The translations under genes and the position numbers were made by a program. This document shows positions 30,445-45,696 of a stretch of 64,000 nucleotides of DNA, in pieces. Numbering within the stretch: position 1 is the first letter of the stretch; every line of letters begins with the position of its first letter. Source of the stretch: the human T2T-CHM13v2.0 reference genome, Homo sapiens; assembly GCA_009914755.4 (NCBI GenBank), contig CP068257.2, positions 40,096,001 through 40,160,000 of the forward strand, read 5' to 3'. The notes beneath the pieces are model-generated. The model ran no database searches, was not told the origin of the DNA, and saw nothing but the letters and a program-made list of their open reading frames with translations.

Positions 30445-30478
<34 letters not shown>
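30445..30478. repeat. (TTA)n, about 11 units, adjoining the CTT tract
   Basis: attattatt... read directly after the CTT run. Confidence 0.9.
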
Positions 30479-30482
<4 letters not shown>

Positions 30483-33400
30483 TTGTCTGCAGGGCCTAAA
30501 GCAGTGACTAGCACCATTCCTGGAACAGACTGGCCACCTGGTGCCTCCTTACTCTGCAGTAAACATTGGTGCCGCTGCCCTCCTGAACATCAAAGTCCGT
30601 GGACAGGTGCAGAGAAGGCCAGAGCCCAGGCACCTGAGAACAGGGCCCCGTTGCCTTGTGCAGTGGAGTTCTGAACTCCTGACCTCATGCAACAATTAGT
30701 TATGAAAGAAGGGAGAAGCAGGGATTGGGAGAAGAAAGGGAAGAAAGAAGGACAAAATGAGGGAGGGAGGAAAATTTGTTCAGGGTTGATAGTCTAAGAT
30801 GTCAACCTGGCATCCAAAATGTCAGCTTTGGGGCAGGGATTCCGTCCTCCAAATGTCACCTTGTGCCAGTGCCTGCCCCTCCCTCTGCAGTGCCAGTAGG
30901 AGGCCTTCACACACTACACCCACTCTTTTGAAATGAACAGACCAGCTAACCTTGGCACTGTGGATGATACTGGTAAACAAAGTCCCCTGAGTACTGGGGT
31001 CAGTCAGGTTCAAGGGCCTGGGAGAAGATGGCAACTCCTGGTTCAATAGCCTGGGAGTGGAGCACTCTGGGTAAACCAGTTGTTTGCCAAGGAAGCCCTC
31101 AGGTACACAGGTCCCTCTGCTGTCAGGCGTCCTGGTGAAGCACCAAGAGGTTGACTGGCCACTGCCCTCCACTCAAGAGGGACTTCAGAAGAACCCTGAA
31201 GTGAGGCCCAAAATGTCCTAAGATTTGTAGGACAGTGTACTGAAACCACAGATCCAGAAGACATGCCAATCATGGGTCAGGTGTTCCCCATCTGCTCTCT
31301 GAGAGTGTGGCTTCAGGTGTGGGTCTAGGTTGAGTGCTGACAATGAAATCTTGGTGCATCTGAGCCCAGCAGGCTGTTTCTGACTTGGCTGGAGCTGAGG
31401 ATGGAGGAGCACGGGAAGAAAGTATCCCAAGGACAGTTTTCTGAGCCAGTGTCATGGAGGTGTGAATGAAGCGGGGCAGAGCGGGAAACCCGGGCGGAGT
31501 GCTCCACTACTCCTCTTTGGCTGGTCCCTGAACTGGATATCCTGGTCAGTAATGAGGGGATGTTTGGCCCCATACCCCCCGGTCCTGACCTCATCCCCCG
31601 GCCACTGGGAGGGCTGCAGTGAGCTAGATGGTCTGGGGGCCTGGATGTCAGGGCATGCGGACCTGTCTTGCACCTTGGTTTGCTCCAGCCGGGGAGAACC
31701 ACTTTTCTTCTAGAACCTACCATCTCCACATCTCACAGCTGATGAAGGCAGGCTGGAATCATCTCTCTGACATTGCTCAGGGCTGGGGTTCTGGAGGGAA
31801 TAGCCAGGGGTGTACTAAAAGACCCTTGGCCCCAGAACAACTGCAGAGCATGTGAAGCATAAGACCCACTTTTGTTTCCTCCCAGGAACAAAGGGGCAGA
31901 CTTTTCCTAAAGTGGAGGATATAAAAATGCATTCAATCCTCAAACCAGAAGATGCTCCTGAACGAAAAAACACAGAATAGAGATCAGAGGGGAAGGAAAA
32001 TGCCTGAATTTTCTGAGAAATTAAGAAGAAAAATGGGAGGCTTGTTAAATTATCACTATTTCAAGACAGGCAAGGAAATAATGTAGGTTCCTAAATGAAA
32101 AAAAATAAGTTAAGCTAAATGATAGTCTTAGTAAGAAACAGTTCCTAGGCATTGCTACCTAGCATAAAAATCTTTAAGGGTGAGTCACCATTCTGCAGGG
32201 CCAGGGAGACCCACTGACAGGGTCACTAGGCACGGCGCAGCCAAGAAGGCCACCAGTGTTGTCAGGGAGATCATCACACACCAAGATTGACCTCGTGTGT
32301 GTGTTGAGGATGATGGGAATGGCTCCCACAGCCACAGAAAGGAGATACAAATACAGACCAGCAAGAGTGACCCCTGGGATGCTGGGCTGTAACCGAAGGC
32401 ATGGATGTGAAATCATAGTTTCTAGTAAGACACAGAAACGTGTATGTGATATTCACATAGGTTGCATGCAGCTTCCTACGTCTGTCTGCTGAGGGCCTAG
32501 AAGCAATGACAGCCCAGTAACAATGAGCACCTCCAGCACCCACATCTTGGCGTCTAAGAACCATTCTCCACTCAGAGAAACGGTTTCCTTGGAGAAATGG
32601 CTTCTTCCAAGGCTGGGGAAATAAGTACAAGGTGGGCCTGGAACTGTGTCAGAAAGCAAGGCATCACTCAGAGAAAGATGGGAGGTGAGGGGGCACAGGA
32701 GCCTGCGTAGAGGTGCCCAAACCGGCCAAATCAGGGCTAACCTGACCATCAAAATAATCAGAATATCCCATCAATTAAACAGGGATCGAAGACTGCATAT
32801 TGATGTAAATAAACAAAAGTGGGAGGGGAAAAAGCCCTCCTTGGTACACAGTATCATGTCGGTGGTATTTCTGCCAAAAATGCGTAACCTAAACCATATC
32901 TTGAGGAAAATTAGATAAACCTAAACTGAGGACATTCCACCAAATAACTGGCCATACTTCCCAAAAGGTCTGAATGAACCCATGAAGGAGCTCCATGTCA
33001 TAAGTTAATTCAAAGTCAGAAAAGAGAAGACTGAGGAACTGACGATTGATAAAAACGGAAGCCACATGGCTATTGAACACCATGGGGTCCCAGGCCAGAG
33101 AGTGAAAAAAAAAAGAGGTGCTGCTTGCGTGTTTTTCAACTTTCTTCTTCTATAAAGGACAGTTTTGAGACAATCAGCAAAATTTGAAGAGAATTTGCAG
33201 ATTTGATGGTAATATCCTACCAATGTTAATTTCCTGAATGTGATGGGTAAATTGTGGGTGATGCAGGAGAAACTCTTGTTTTTAGGAAATGTACAGGCAA
33301 GTATTTAGGAGTAACAGGGCACACTGTCTGCAACCTACTCTCGAACAGGTAGGTAGGTGGATGAGAAAGGCAAATACAATCAAATATAAGCAAACAGGGA

Positions 33401-33769
33401 ATCTAGCTGAAGGGTTACCAGAGTTCTATGTACTACTCCTGTCACTTTTCTGTAATCTGAAATTATTTCAAAATACAGAACGTAAGAACTATAACATTTC
33501 AATAAAAACTTCAGTGTTGGGAGCTTCCATCAAGACACACTTCTCTCCCCCACCTGATCACCCGTGTGCGGAGGGACCCAGGCAGAGGACGACGCCCGGC
33601 TCCACCCTCTGCTTTCTCGGGGTCCCGCGGCCTGGGTTAATTGAGGACACAGGGGCCCTTCCAGAAGGCCATCTGCAAGCTTCCGTCACTGCCTCAAGCC
33701 TTTGGTTTTCAGAAACCAGATTACTCGAGCTCGTTGATAAGAAAAAGCAGTCTCAACCAGCTTCAAAAA

Positions 33770-35228
33770 AGTAGGCAAGTACTTTGCTTTATTGACATCA
33801 AATGGAACTTCTTGTCCCTCACGCAGTCCACACAACAGTAAAGGCACAATGAGGCATATTAAAACATAGCCAGTTTCAACAGCTTGGATATTTCCTGCCA
33901 TGGAAAAGTATCCTGCCCACAGATTCACATTAACATACATGGTACATTAATATCAATCTCTATCATATACCAGGCCACGGTACATGTTTGCACGCAGGGT
34001 CACGTTCTGCAACAAACTTATTCTAATAACAGTATTCAGAAGGCACCCTATGGGACACAGGTGACAGTGAAGTTACGAGGCTAGATGGCCACATCTTTTA
34101 CATCCAAGAACCGCCCTGGGGCCACACCCCAAACTGCTGAGGTGCGGAGGCACGTCTGCAAAGCAGGTCAGAAACACTCCCCCCATACCCCAAAACACTA
34201 TCCCTATCCCAAATCACCTAACAAAAATGAGAGCTGGGAAGGGTGCAGGTGAGCAGTGCATCTACCTAGGTAATACTGTCTATGTCTAGGTAATACTATG
34301 TAATTTTATCTTCATACTGCGTGTGGAGATAAAAAACACAGCTTCTCCTGCACCTCTTCCCCAAGACTGGTGCACTCCAGCGACCTGAGGGGGCTCGCCT
34401 CAGTCCCCAGCACTGAGGTTACAAAGGGAGAATTTTTTAATGACTCTTAGGCCTGTGGCTCTAGAGTTGCCAAAACATCTTAGGCAACGAGAAACGAACG
34501 GCAGCTAGTACCATGTGGGCACGTGTGTGTGGTTGTCCACAAGGACTCACCCAAGTAATAGACTGGAATGGTTAAGAGCTGGCCACACATACGCCCCGCA
34601 AAGCTGGCTGCTACCATTCGTTCCTTGTTGCATAAAACATTGTTTTCAAAGCCAACCCCACTACTTAGCCATCATTTAGAGACTAGACTATCCAATGTTA
34701 TGAACATTTTTAACAGGTTTCAAGCAACAGCTGATAAGGTATTCATCTCTTAAGATATTTTATAAAACAATTCCATGGAAACTTTAAGACAGGCCTCTCT
34801 GCCCACCGTCATGTATGAAGATAAAAAACACAGTTTCCCCTGCACCTCCCTCAAGACTGGTGAGCTCCAGCAACCCAAGGTGGCTCGCCTCAGGAGAGAG
34901 TGGATGCTTCCACGCCTGGGGCTTCATCACTGAGAGACCAGCCTCAGCGACCCATTAGGAGCACAACGAAATGATTCTGACCCACGGTCCCTTCAGACAG
35001 CAGGTGCCTAGATCGATGATGGAGCGGGCATGTGCACCTGAGCCAGCTTCACCTGGAGGGGACACTCCGGTCAGCAGCAGCCGCCTCCTGATGGCACCAT
35101 GTCACCTCTGCTTGGTTAACATTTAGGTAAGCCACAACGGGGCCCCACGCAGGATCGTTCCATCCCCACGAGGAACACAGGACAGGACAAGAGCCCCACG
35201 TGGACCCCCGGTCTCCGCAGGCAGCCAG
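33770..35228 (-). other. RIPK4: RIPK4 3'UTR (about 1.46 kb if the AATAAA at 33793-33788 is used)
   Basis: The region between the stop codon and the first canonical minus-strand AATAAA. An alternative weaker ATTAAA (plus tttaat at 34436-34441) would give a ~0.8-kb UTR. Confidence 0.5.
33788..33793 (-). terminator. RIPK4: Candidate RIPK4 polyadenylation signal AATAAA (plus strand tttatt)
   Basis: It is the only canonical hexamer on the minus strand between the stop codon and 33.7 kb. A T-rich stretch follows on the transcript strand. The implied mRNA length of about 3.9-4.0 kb is plausible for RIPK4. Confidence 0.5.
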
Positions 35229-36509
<1,281 letters not shown>

Positions 36510-38207
36510 TCACCCGACTGTGTTTGAGCGTTGTCTGTGCCTCGTGATTAAGGTCAGTCCTAGCGGGAGCCCCGGGGCAGGCTGGCGAATGTCTCCCAGG
36601 TGCTCGTTAGTCGGTTTGCAAAATAAAACCCGCTCTCCCTGTCCTGCGGGGTGGTGAGCCCCCTTGGTGCTTAGAGATGGCAGTGACTGCAAACATCCCT
36701 TCATTAAAGAAAGAAGGAAAAAGGGCACAGACTAAAAAGACCAGGCCAGAGCTCCCATTCGCCTGGAAGCCTTGGCACCTGCCACCCACGGACGCCCCAG
36801 GCCTAGCAGCCTGCAGAGATGGTGACTAGAGCTGGAAGGGGCTGCTCCAGCTCTTGCCCCACCTCGAAGTGGCACCTCCTGACCTGGGGAGGTTAAGTCG
36901 GAAGTTTTCTATGATAATCCTGAAGGGACCGAGCTTCTCGTTTCAGGAGGACGTTAGTCCAGCACTCAGGATGAAAAGTTGTATTTACCACAAAAATCCT
37001 ACCGTAGTGCCTGGAATGCTGAAACCCTGCAACGAGACTCTCCTCCGCCCTCATGTGAAACGCGTGGGGACTTGGAAGTCGGCGGTGGGAAGGTGTTAAG
37101 AAAACGGAACCCTCCCAGTCAGGCTTGGTGTCTGAACACTGGCACTCCAAGTGGAGCCAGTGAAGTAATTCTCTCTCGAGCATGAAGACAAGATGTCATT
37201 TCAGAGTATTAGACCCAAAGAGAATGTTCTAGAACGTACTTATCCATGGGAGATGGTGGTATTTCTTTCTGCTCAGTCTTAGACTTTGCCCTGACTCTCC
37301 TCCTCAAGCCCATCACCCACTGCTTATCTGCCGTCGAACCAGGTCTTCCCCACTGTGTCTATGTAGCATTGCCTTAAAACAAGACAGCCTCCTTTGCCCC
37401 CAATATTCTAATCTAAAAATCCCGGGAAGTCTGTAAGATCCAGGAAAAGTCTTTGCCTCCAAGAGGATGTTTCCAATCCACCAGGAAAAGCCAACTTCCC
37501 CTTCCCCCGAGATTGCAGCCTTGGCCCTCAGCCCCCGTGGCTGTAGCCCTGAGTGTAAATCCCTGTATTTTCCATCAGAGCTGCAGCCCCTTCAGGAACA
37601 GGGCAGGACCACATCTTACCCCTGCAGCCGGCAGAAAGGAGGCCAGAACAAGCACCAGGTCCAGCACCCTGGGGCAGGGATAGGAAAAAAAGCACCTTCC
37701 AGAAACAAAAGCCATCAAAATTAACATAAAAAGATGAGATTAGCTAAAAGAGAAGTGCTCCTCCCTATCAGGTGGTTTGCAAAGGTGGCCTGGTGGTAAA
37801 ACCTCCAAGGATAACCAACACATTACTAGGCCTGGACTACCGTGAACGGGGAGCCCACATATGCGAAGGCGTGGGTGTGTACCCAGCAGCGTCTGAGCAG
37901 AGGGTGCGGGACTGCCACGCCCGAGACAGGAGGCCCGCCAGGGAGTGGGGCTCGGCTACTCGCCAGGCTCACTGCACTGGAGGGGGTTTCCAATCTGTAG
38001 ACCTGAGGTCAGCCTCCACCCATGGCACTGGCACAGGCAAGACTGCTGCACAGACTGGTGATGTGGCCTGTTCCCCACACATGCTAAGTGACATAAGACG
38101 GAGCCAAATGCCCAACACACAAAATTAATTACTTAAGACAGAGAGAACACAAAGAAGAATTCTTGCTGGGTCAAGAAACTGTCCCCTTGATTCCGTTTAG
38201 CTTCTCA

Positions 38208-38675
<468 letters not shown>

Positions 38676-38684
38676 CTATTGGTC

Positions 38685-38870
38685 ACCGAGCTCAGACCCC
38701 GCATCGGCACAGCACTAGGGAGCTCAGACGCCATGTCCACACAGCGCCGCGGAGCTCAGACCCCGCGCCCGCACAGTGCCGGGCAGCTCAGACCCTGCAC
38801 CCGCACAGCACTTGGGATGCTCAGACTCTGCACCCGCACAGCGCCAGGGAGCTCAAAGACTTGGAGCTAC
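38685..38870. repeat. CpG-containing about 33-bp minisatellite (about 5.5 units: agctcagacc[c/t][c/t]gcacccgcacagcgcc.ggg) in RIPK4 intron 6
   Basis: Tandem units are visible directly. They lie between exon 7 (38273-38531) and exon 6 (40150-40253). Confidence 0.8.
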
Positions 38871-40011
38871 AAAGACTTGCGCTGGCCCCACCCAGCACGG
38901 AGACATCTTAAGGAAAGATAGCCTTCATAAAAGTGCAAAATCCAGCCTCATGCAGCTCTGGATACCATCTGCTCAGTAACACTGCACAGAGCGTCACCCA
39001 GACAAAAGGCAGGCGGTGTCAAGCTGCAGAATGTGAGGCATGTATGGCGGGACACAGCTGCCCAGCACAGGCCAGCGTTGGCAGGAAACGAGAGGACAGA
39101 CAGGAACTGGGCAGGACCCCCACACGTGGCCACAACTGCGACCTCCCCGCGGAGCCACGTGGGGCTGGCCTGGGGGCTGTGTGGGGACGAGGGAAAGGGG
39201 AAGGACCCGGCTACAGGGACGAGGGGTGATCCAATCCGACATACACCGATGGGGCCTTTTAAAGAGTCTCGCTTCATGGACTGCAGGGGCAGCAGGTTTC
39301 TGGTGGGTAAGTGGAATCTGACGGGATTTCACGCTTCTTCCCTTAGGCACACCTGTTTGCCCCAACTCCCCACCCTTTGTGGGACGGCTCGAGGTCCCGC
39401 ACTGTTGCTGGGTGTACCGAGCCACCCCTACATGTTGGTTGCCTTCTTTCCCTTATCAGGGCCCAGGTCTGCCTCTGTACTAGCAACCCCCGGGCACCTT
39501 TGCTCCCGGGCTCACTGGCACACATGCACTTTATGTTGAGGCAGTGGGCGCATATTCCTGATATACATATTTCCTGATCTCCTGAGCTCACACCAACAGC
39601 CTGGGATTAATCGCCCAACACCAGATAACACGTTATAAAGCTCACTTATCAGCTGGGCCTCACAGGTCTGCTCCAGCCTCATCACCCGAAAAGGCATTTA
39701 GCCAGCCCTGCTACTTGGAGCTTCTTATCACATCTGAAATCACCTGGGTGGCACTCATCAGAGTGCAGACCATTTATGGGCAGCTATAAAGGAACTGGAT
39801 CCCCGAGCCAGGGGTGCAAAGACACTCAGACACCAGCTCTCCCTCCCCGGCCGGGGCTGGGCCTTCTGATCCCCGTGGTCCACACACATCCAATGAGTGG
39901 CTATTTAGTGTCAGGGAAGCCCTTCCGCCACTCACGCAGAATCAGACAGGAGGTGGGGCGGGGATGCAGTCGGGCAGGTGGACCTGAGCCCCCATGGGAC
40001 CTACACTTCTA

Positions 40012-40350
<339 letters not shown>

Positions 40351-40653
40351 TCACACGCCTCGGCCCAGCCTGAGCTCACCAGGCAAGCCCAGGGGCCCTA
40401 CATGGACAATTTGCTGGCCAAACCCAGGCCCCCCCATCGGTAATCATTTGAAGGCCTCACCAGACTCAAGGCGGAAGCCTTCCCCGGGGGAGCGCCACCT
40501 GCCAGTCACAGGGAGCAGAGCTGCCAGCACCTGGCGGATGAGCTCCCCATTCAGCCCGTTTCCTGCCGTAAGCTTTAAATGCAGCAGTTTCCATCTCATC
40601 AGGGTGACTTTCCTATGCCAGAGACACATCTGTCCCAGGAAGTCAACTCCTCA

Positions 40654-41304
<651 letters not shown>

Positions 41305-43544
41305 TCAAAGGCAGAGCTTCCTGTAACCCTCACCCTCATGGTGCGCCATGCTCTCTAGTTTCCTGGTTTTGAAATCGACCTCTTTCCCTGGGTTCTGATC
41401 TACCAGAAGGAGTCAGTGTGTTTGGTCACAGAGCAGATCTTTCTAGGCATCCCATCCAAAGGAAGATGAGGTTCAAAGGAGAACAATATCTTATGAGGCT
41501 CATTCCATCAACAGCCCAAGCCAGCAAAGGGAATGAGGCTCACGCACCATGGAGGAGCCACAGCGTCCTACATCCACAGAGACCCAACTCTCTCTACAAT
41601 GGCGAAGAAGTCTTCCTCAGTTCCAACTCCAATCCCCAGCTCAGGTCCCCAGCTGGCCTCCCCTGCCGGTGCACCAGGGCTGGGATGTGTGGAAGGGCTC
41701 TTTCCCCTCAATTCACCATGTGGGGCCGCACCTGTCCTTTCCAACTGCCTTCACTAGCATGCATGGGCTCTAGCTTATTATTATTATTGCCACAACTTCT
41801 ACCCTGACTGGGAAGGGCCCAGGGTGACATCCAGTGGGCCAAGTTCTTTTTTCTGCTTAGCCTGGAACCCTCAAGGTTCTTGTTCCCAACAGCCCTCTCT
41901 GCCCTCCAGATCCAAACACACCCACGCATGGAATGGCAGCTCTTTGGAGAGGCCATGTGCCTCAGCAGGTGTGGAAAATCAGCCGAGAATCACCCACGGC
42001 TGCCAGGATTCCATACAATGTTTTGCTCCACTTTCCCATTAAATCTTGTGCAATAAATATCGTTAAGTGTTTAGCAGGCTATTTCCATGATTATTCAGAC
42101 TTCAAAACCAACAGCTCCTCTAAATAAAATGGAAGCAAACTGAAGTAAACGCCCGGAATGTTTCCTGCTGCCAAGCACAGACTGGAAAAGCTGGGGAGAG
42201 GCCTTGTTCTCCTGCACCTTGAACCCCCTCCTACCCATTTTTGCCTGAGGTTGCAATTTTTTGAATTTGAAAAATCAGACCTTGGCGATGACCTTGAACA
42301 GTAGGACACGAATAATTCCCATATGATTAGCGTTCCAATAAGGGAACACTAGGCATATTCAGCAATAAAGCACAAGGGCTTGAGCCTTGACCTGTCCCCT
42401 GCGCCTAGCTTCGGGTGTCACATCTATCAGACACTGCCTCATTTCACAAGCCTTCGGGCTGTAGGCCACTGTGCGGGAGAACGTACAGAAGGCAAGAAAG
42501 GCGACAGGCGGTCAGACAACACAGACGGACACCGGCCAGCAGAGGCCTGGCAGGACGCGTTCTGTGCTTTCTACTGACATTCTTTTAAAGCTGCCAAGAT
42601 ACTTGATCTTGCGATGCTGGAAGATCTCTTCTCACCCCAGCACTTTCCCATACATCGGCTCCTAGTCTGAGCCCCGACTAACAAGGGGCTAGGCCTTGAC
42701 TCTCATCTTCATTTTTAGACATTTTCGGTCACACCACAAAATATCATGAGTAGCCCAGAAATGTCTTTAGAGGAAAAGGGAATCTGTCCAACAAAGCTAA
42801 AAAGTCCTGGATTTTTATGATAAGTAAGTCAAGGTGTGACAACTTTGAGGATGGTGTTCGGAATGGTGGCTGCCTGGCTGGGGAAGCAAACACCACAGCT
42901 CTCAAGCTGGGCAGGGGTGCCACTCCTGCAAGCAACTCCATGGCACTGAGCAGCTCTGGAGGTTGGCTGCGCAAGCACGCGGGTACATGTAATGCTCCTG
43001 AACTGTATGCTTCACACGGCTGACATGCTAAGTTTTGTTCTGTGTATTTTATGACTATTTTTTTAAAAAGTAAACAAAAAAGAATTAGCTGGAAATACCA
43101 GCACAGGCAAACCCCTGGAGACAGAAAGCAGGTGAGTGGTTGCTGGGGCTTGAGCAGGAGGAAGGGCGAGGGACTGCAGAATGGCCATGGGCTTTGCCTT
43201 CTAGCATGATGAGAATGTTCTGGAATTAGACAGTGGTAACGCTTGTTCAACACTGCCAGTGTAGTTAATGTCACTCAATTATACACTTTAAATGGCTAAC
43301 ATGACCAATTTTATGTTATATATATTTTACTACCACAAAAAAACTAGCTGGCACCTAAAAACATTCCATTGAACAGGCCCCTTCAGATCTGTGTCTTTTC
43401 CTGCATGCAAATTACACCACAGAGCAGCACCTATGGCAGCGTGGATCACAGGCTCTGTTTTAGGATAGAGAAAGGACAACAAGGTGTCCCCCCATTATTC
43501 CAGGAAAGACAAGCACATTACACCTCAAAGACAGGTCCACTCAC

Positions 43545-43594
43545 CTGCAAACGGCTTCTTCTGTGTGAGCACGCCCCAGATGACGATCGCAAAG
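43545..43594 (-). CDS. RIPK4: RIPK4 coding exon 4 (50 nt; Ser208 completion, Phe209 to Ala224, first nt of Asp225)
   Basis: Acceptor tctcttccag|CTTTGCG and donor TTTGCAG|gtgagt at 43544/43543. It encodes (S)FAIVIWGVLTQKKPFA in the frame set by exon 3. Too short to appear in the ORF track, it was found by reverse-complement reading. Confidence 0.88.
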
Positions 43595-45073
43595 CTGGAA
43601 GAGAAACCAGGCACGTTAGCATCTGACAGCCAGAGACTCAAAGCCAAATGCACTCATGCACAGCAACAGGCGTGAAGACACCTGTTCTGAAGCCTTCCAA
43701 AGACAGAGCCATGACACCGAGATATTTCTCCTGTTTTTAAAAAGAGAAAATTCTCTATAGTGAAGCCCAGCATGTTGATAGCTCAGATGTCAGACAGACT
43801 CAAGTAACTTCGCCAACTGGGCTACAATCTTCAGGCAGCTTGAGGGACTTCCAAAGAGGGTGCCACCCTATGCGGGGCGTGAGCTCCTGGGGAACAGCGC
43901 CTGTGTGCCTCACTGATATCTTCTCGCAAGCACCAGGCACAGAGCACCTGCGCAGGCATTTACTGAAGAAATGGATGAATGAATGATGGGCAACTCCCAT
44001 GCCCTCCCCCAACAATGATTTCATTCTCTGAAAACACGGATTCTGGTTCTGATCAGCGTTCCTAACGTAGGCTTGCTGAGATTTCAGCGTTCCTAACAGA
44101 GGCTCACTGAGAGTTCATCATTAGAGGGTTGTTAAAGAAAGTGCGCAGAAAACGTAGGAGACAACACAGCTGAACGCCCCAAAGCCTTTTTCGGGGGCTG
44201 CTTAGAAATATATAGATAATATGAGGGATACGTTCATGTACATTACTCTGGATACACCAAAAAAAGTGCCCAAATTGATTAAAAAAAAAAAAAAAAAAAA
44301 GAAAAGAAAAACAGAAGTCCGAAAACTGAGCCTCCAAGGAGCACTGAGTTGGTGAGGGCTGTTTATAGACAACGAATTCACCATCGAAAATTAGTTCAAA
44401 CGGCAGGTTCAAAAGCTGGAACTCCAAACTCTAAAATAAATGGAGAGGATCTCAATCTCCCCAAACTCTACAAGCTGTGACTAGTCTCCAAAGTGACACT
44501 TCCAGGCAACTCTCAGCTTAAAGCCCCAGCTAAGCACATGCACAATGGCCACTGTCAAACCAGTCAGCCTGGGCTGCTGGCGGCGGCAGTGACCAAAAGG
44601 CAGAGCTCACATGCGGGGTCCGAGTCACAGTGCTGCTGGATAACAGCCACAATGGGAGGCTTAGTGCCTGCTCACACGCTCCCACCCACTTTTCTTCTCC
44701 AAGAAGTCTGTGTGATTAAGACCTTTACAATTTGAAAAAGGAAGGGACTAGGTGACTTGGGGATTGATCTCTGACCAACAAAGGTTAAGTGCCATGAAGA
44801 AGATGAGCTGCTCGCCTCACAAAATCAGAGTGAATTTCGGAAAGTACAAACACACATGCGTACAGACCACTGAAAGCAGCAGGTTCTTCCAACAGACAAG
44901 CCATAAAGCCCACGGGTCATGAAATCACCAAGGCTCTGACAGGGCAGGGCTGTCAGCCTGGCCCAAATGTGGACCTGGGAACACCCTTCCTCCTTGGCTA
45001 GCAACACTCACAGCAAAGAAATCCCTGAACTCTACAAGCACCCACCCCTTCTATGTGGACTTAGCCCCCTTTC

Positions 45074-45381
<308 letters not shown>

Positions 45382-45420
45382 TGACTGGCAGCAAGAGGCC
45401 TTTCTGAAAGCTGCAGCTCA

Positions 45421-45696
<276 letters not shown>

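Noticed and set aside
30057-30674. 205-aa ORF with poly-Leu/poly-Ser/poly-Tyr and 89-aa poly-Phe ORF
   Set aside because: They are translations of the (CTT)n/(TTA)n microsatellite in different frames.
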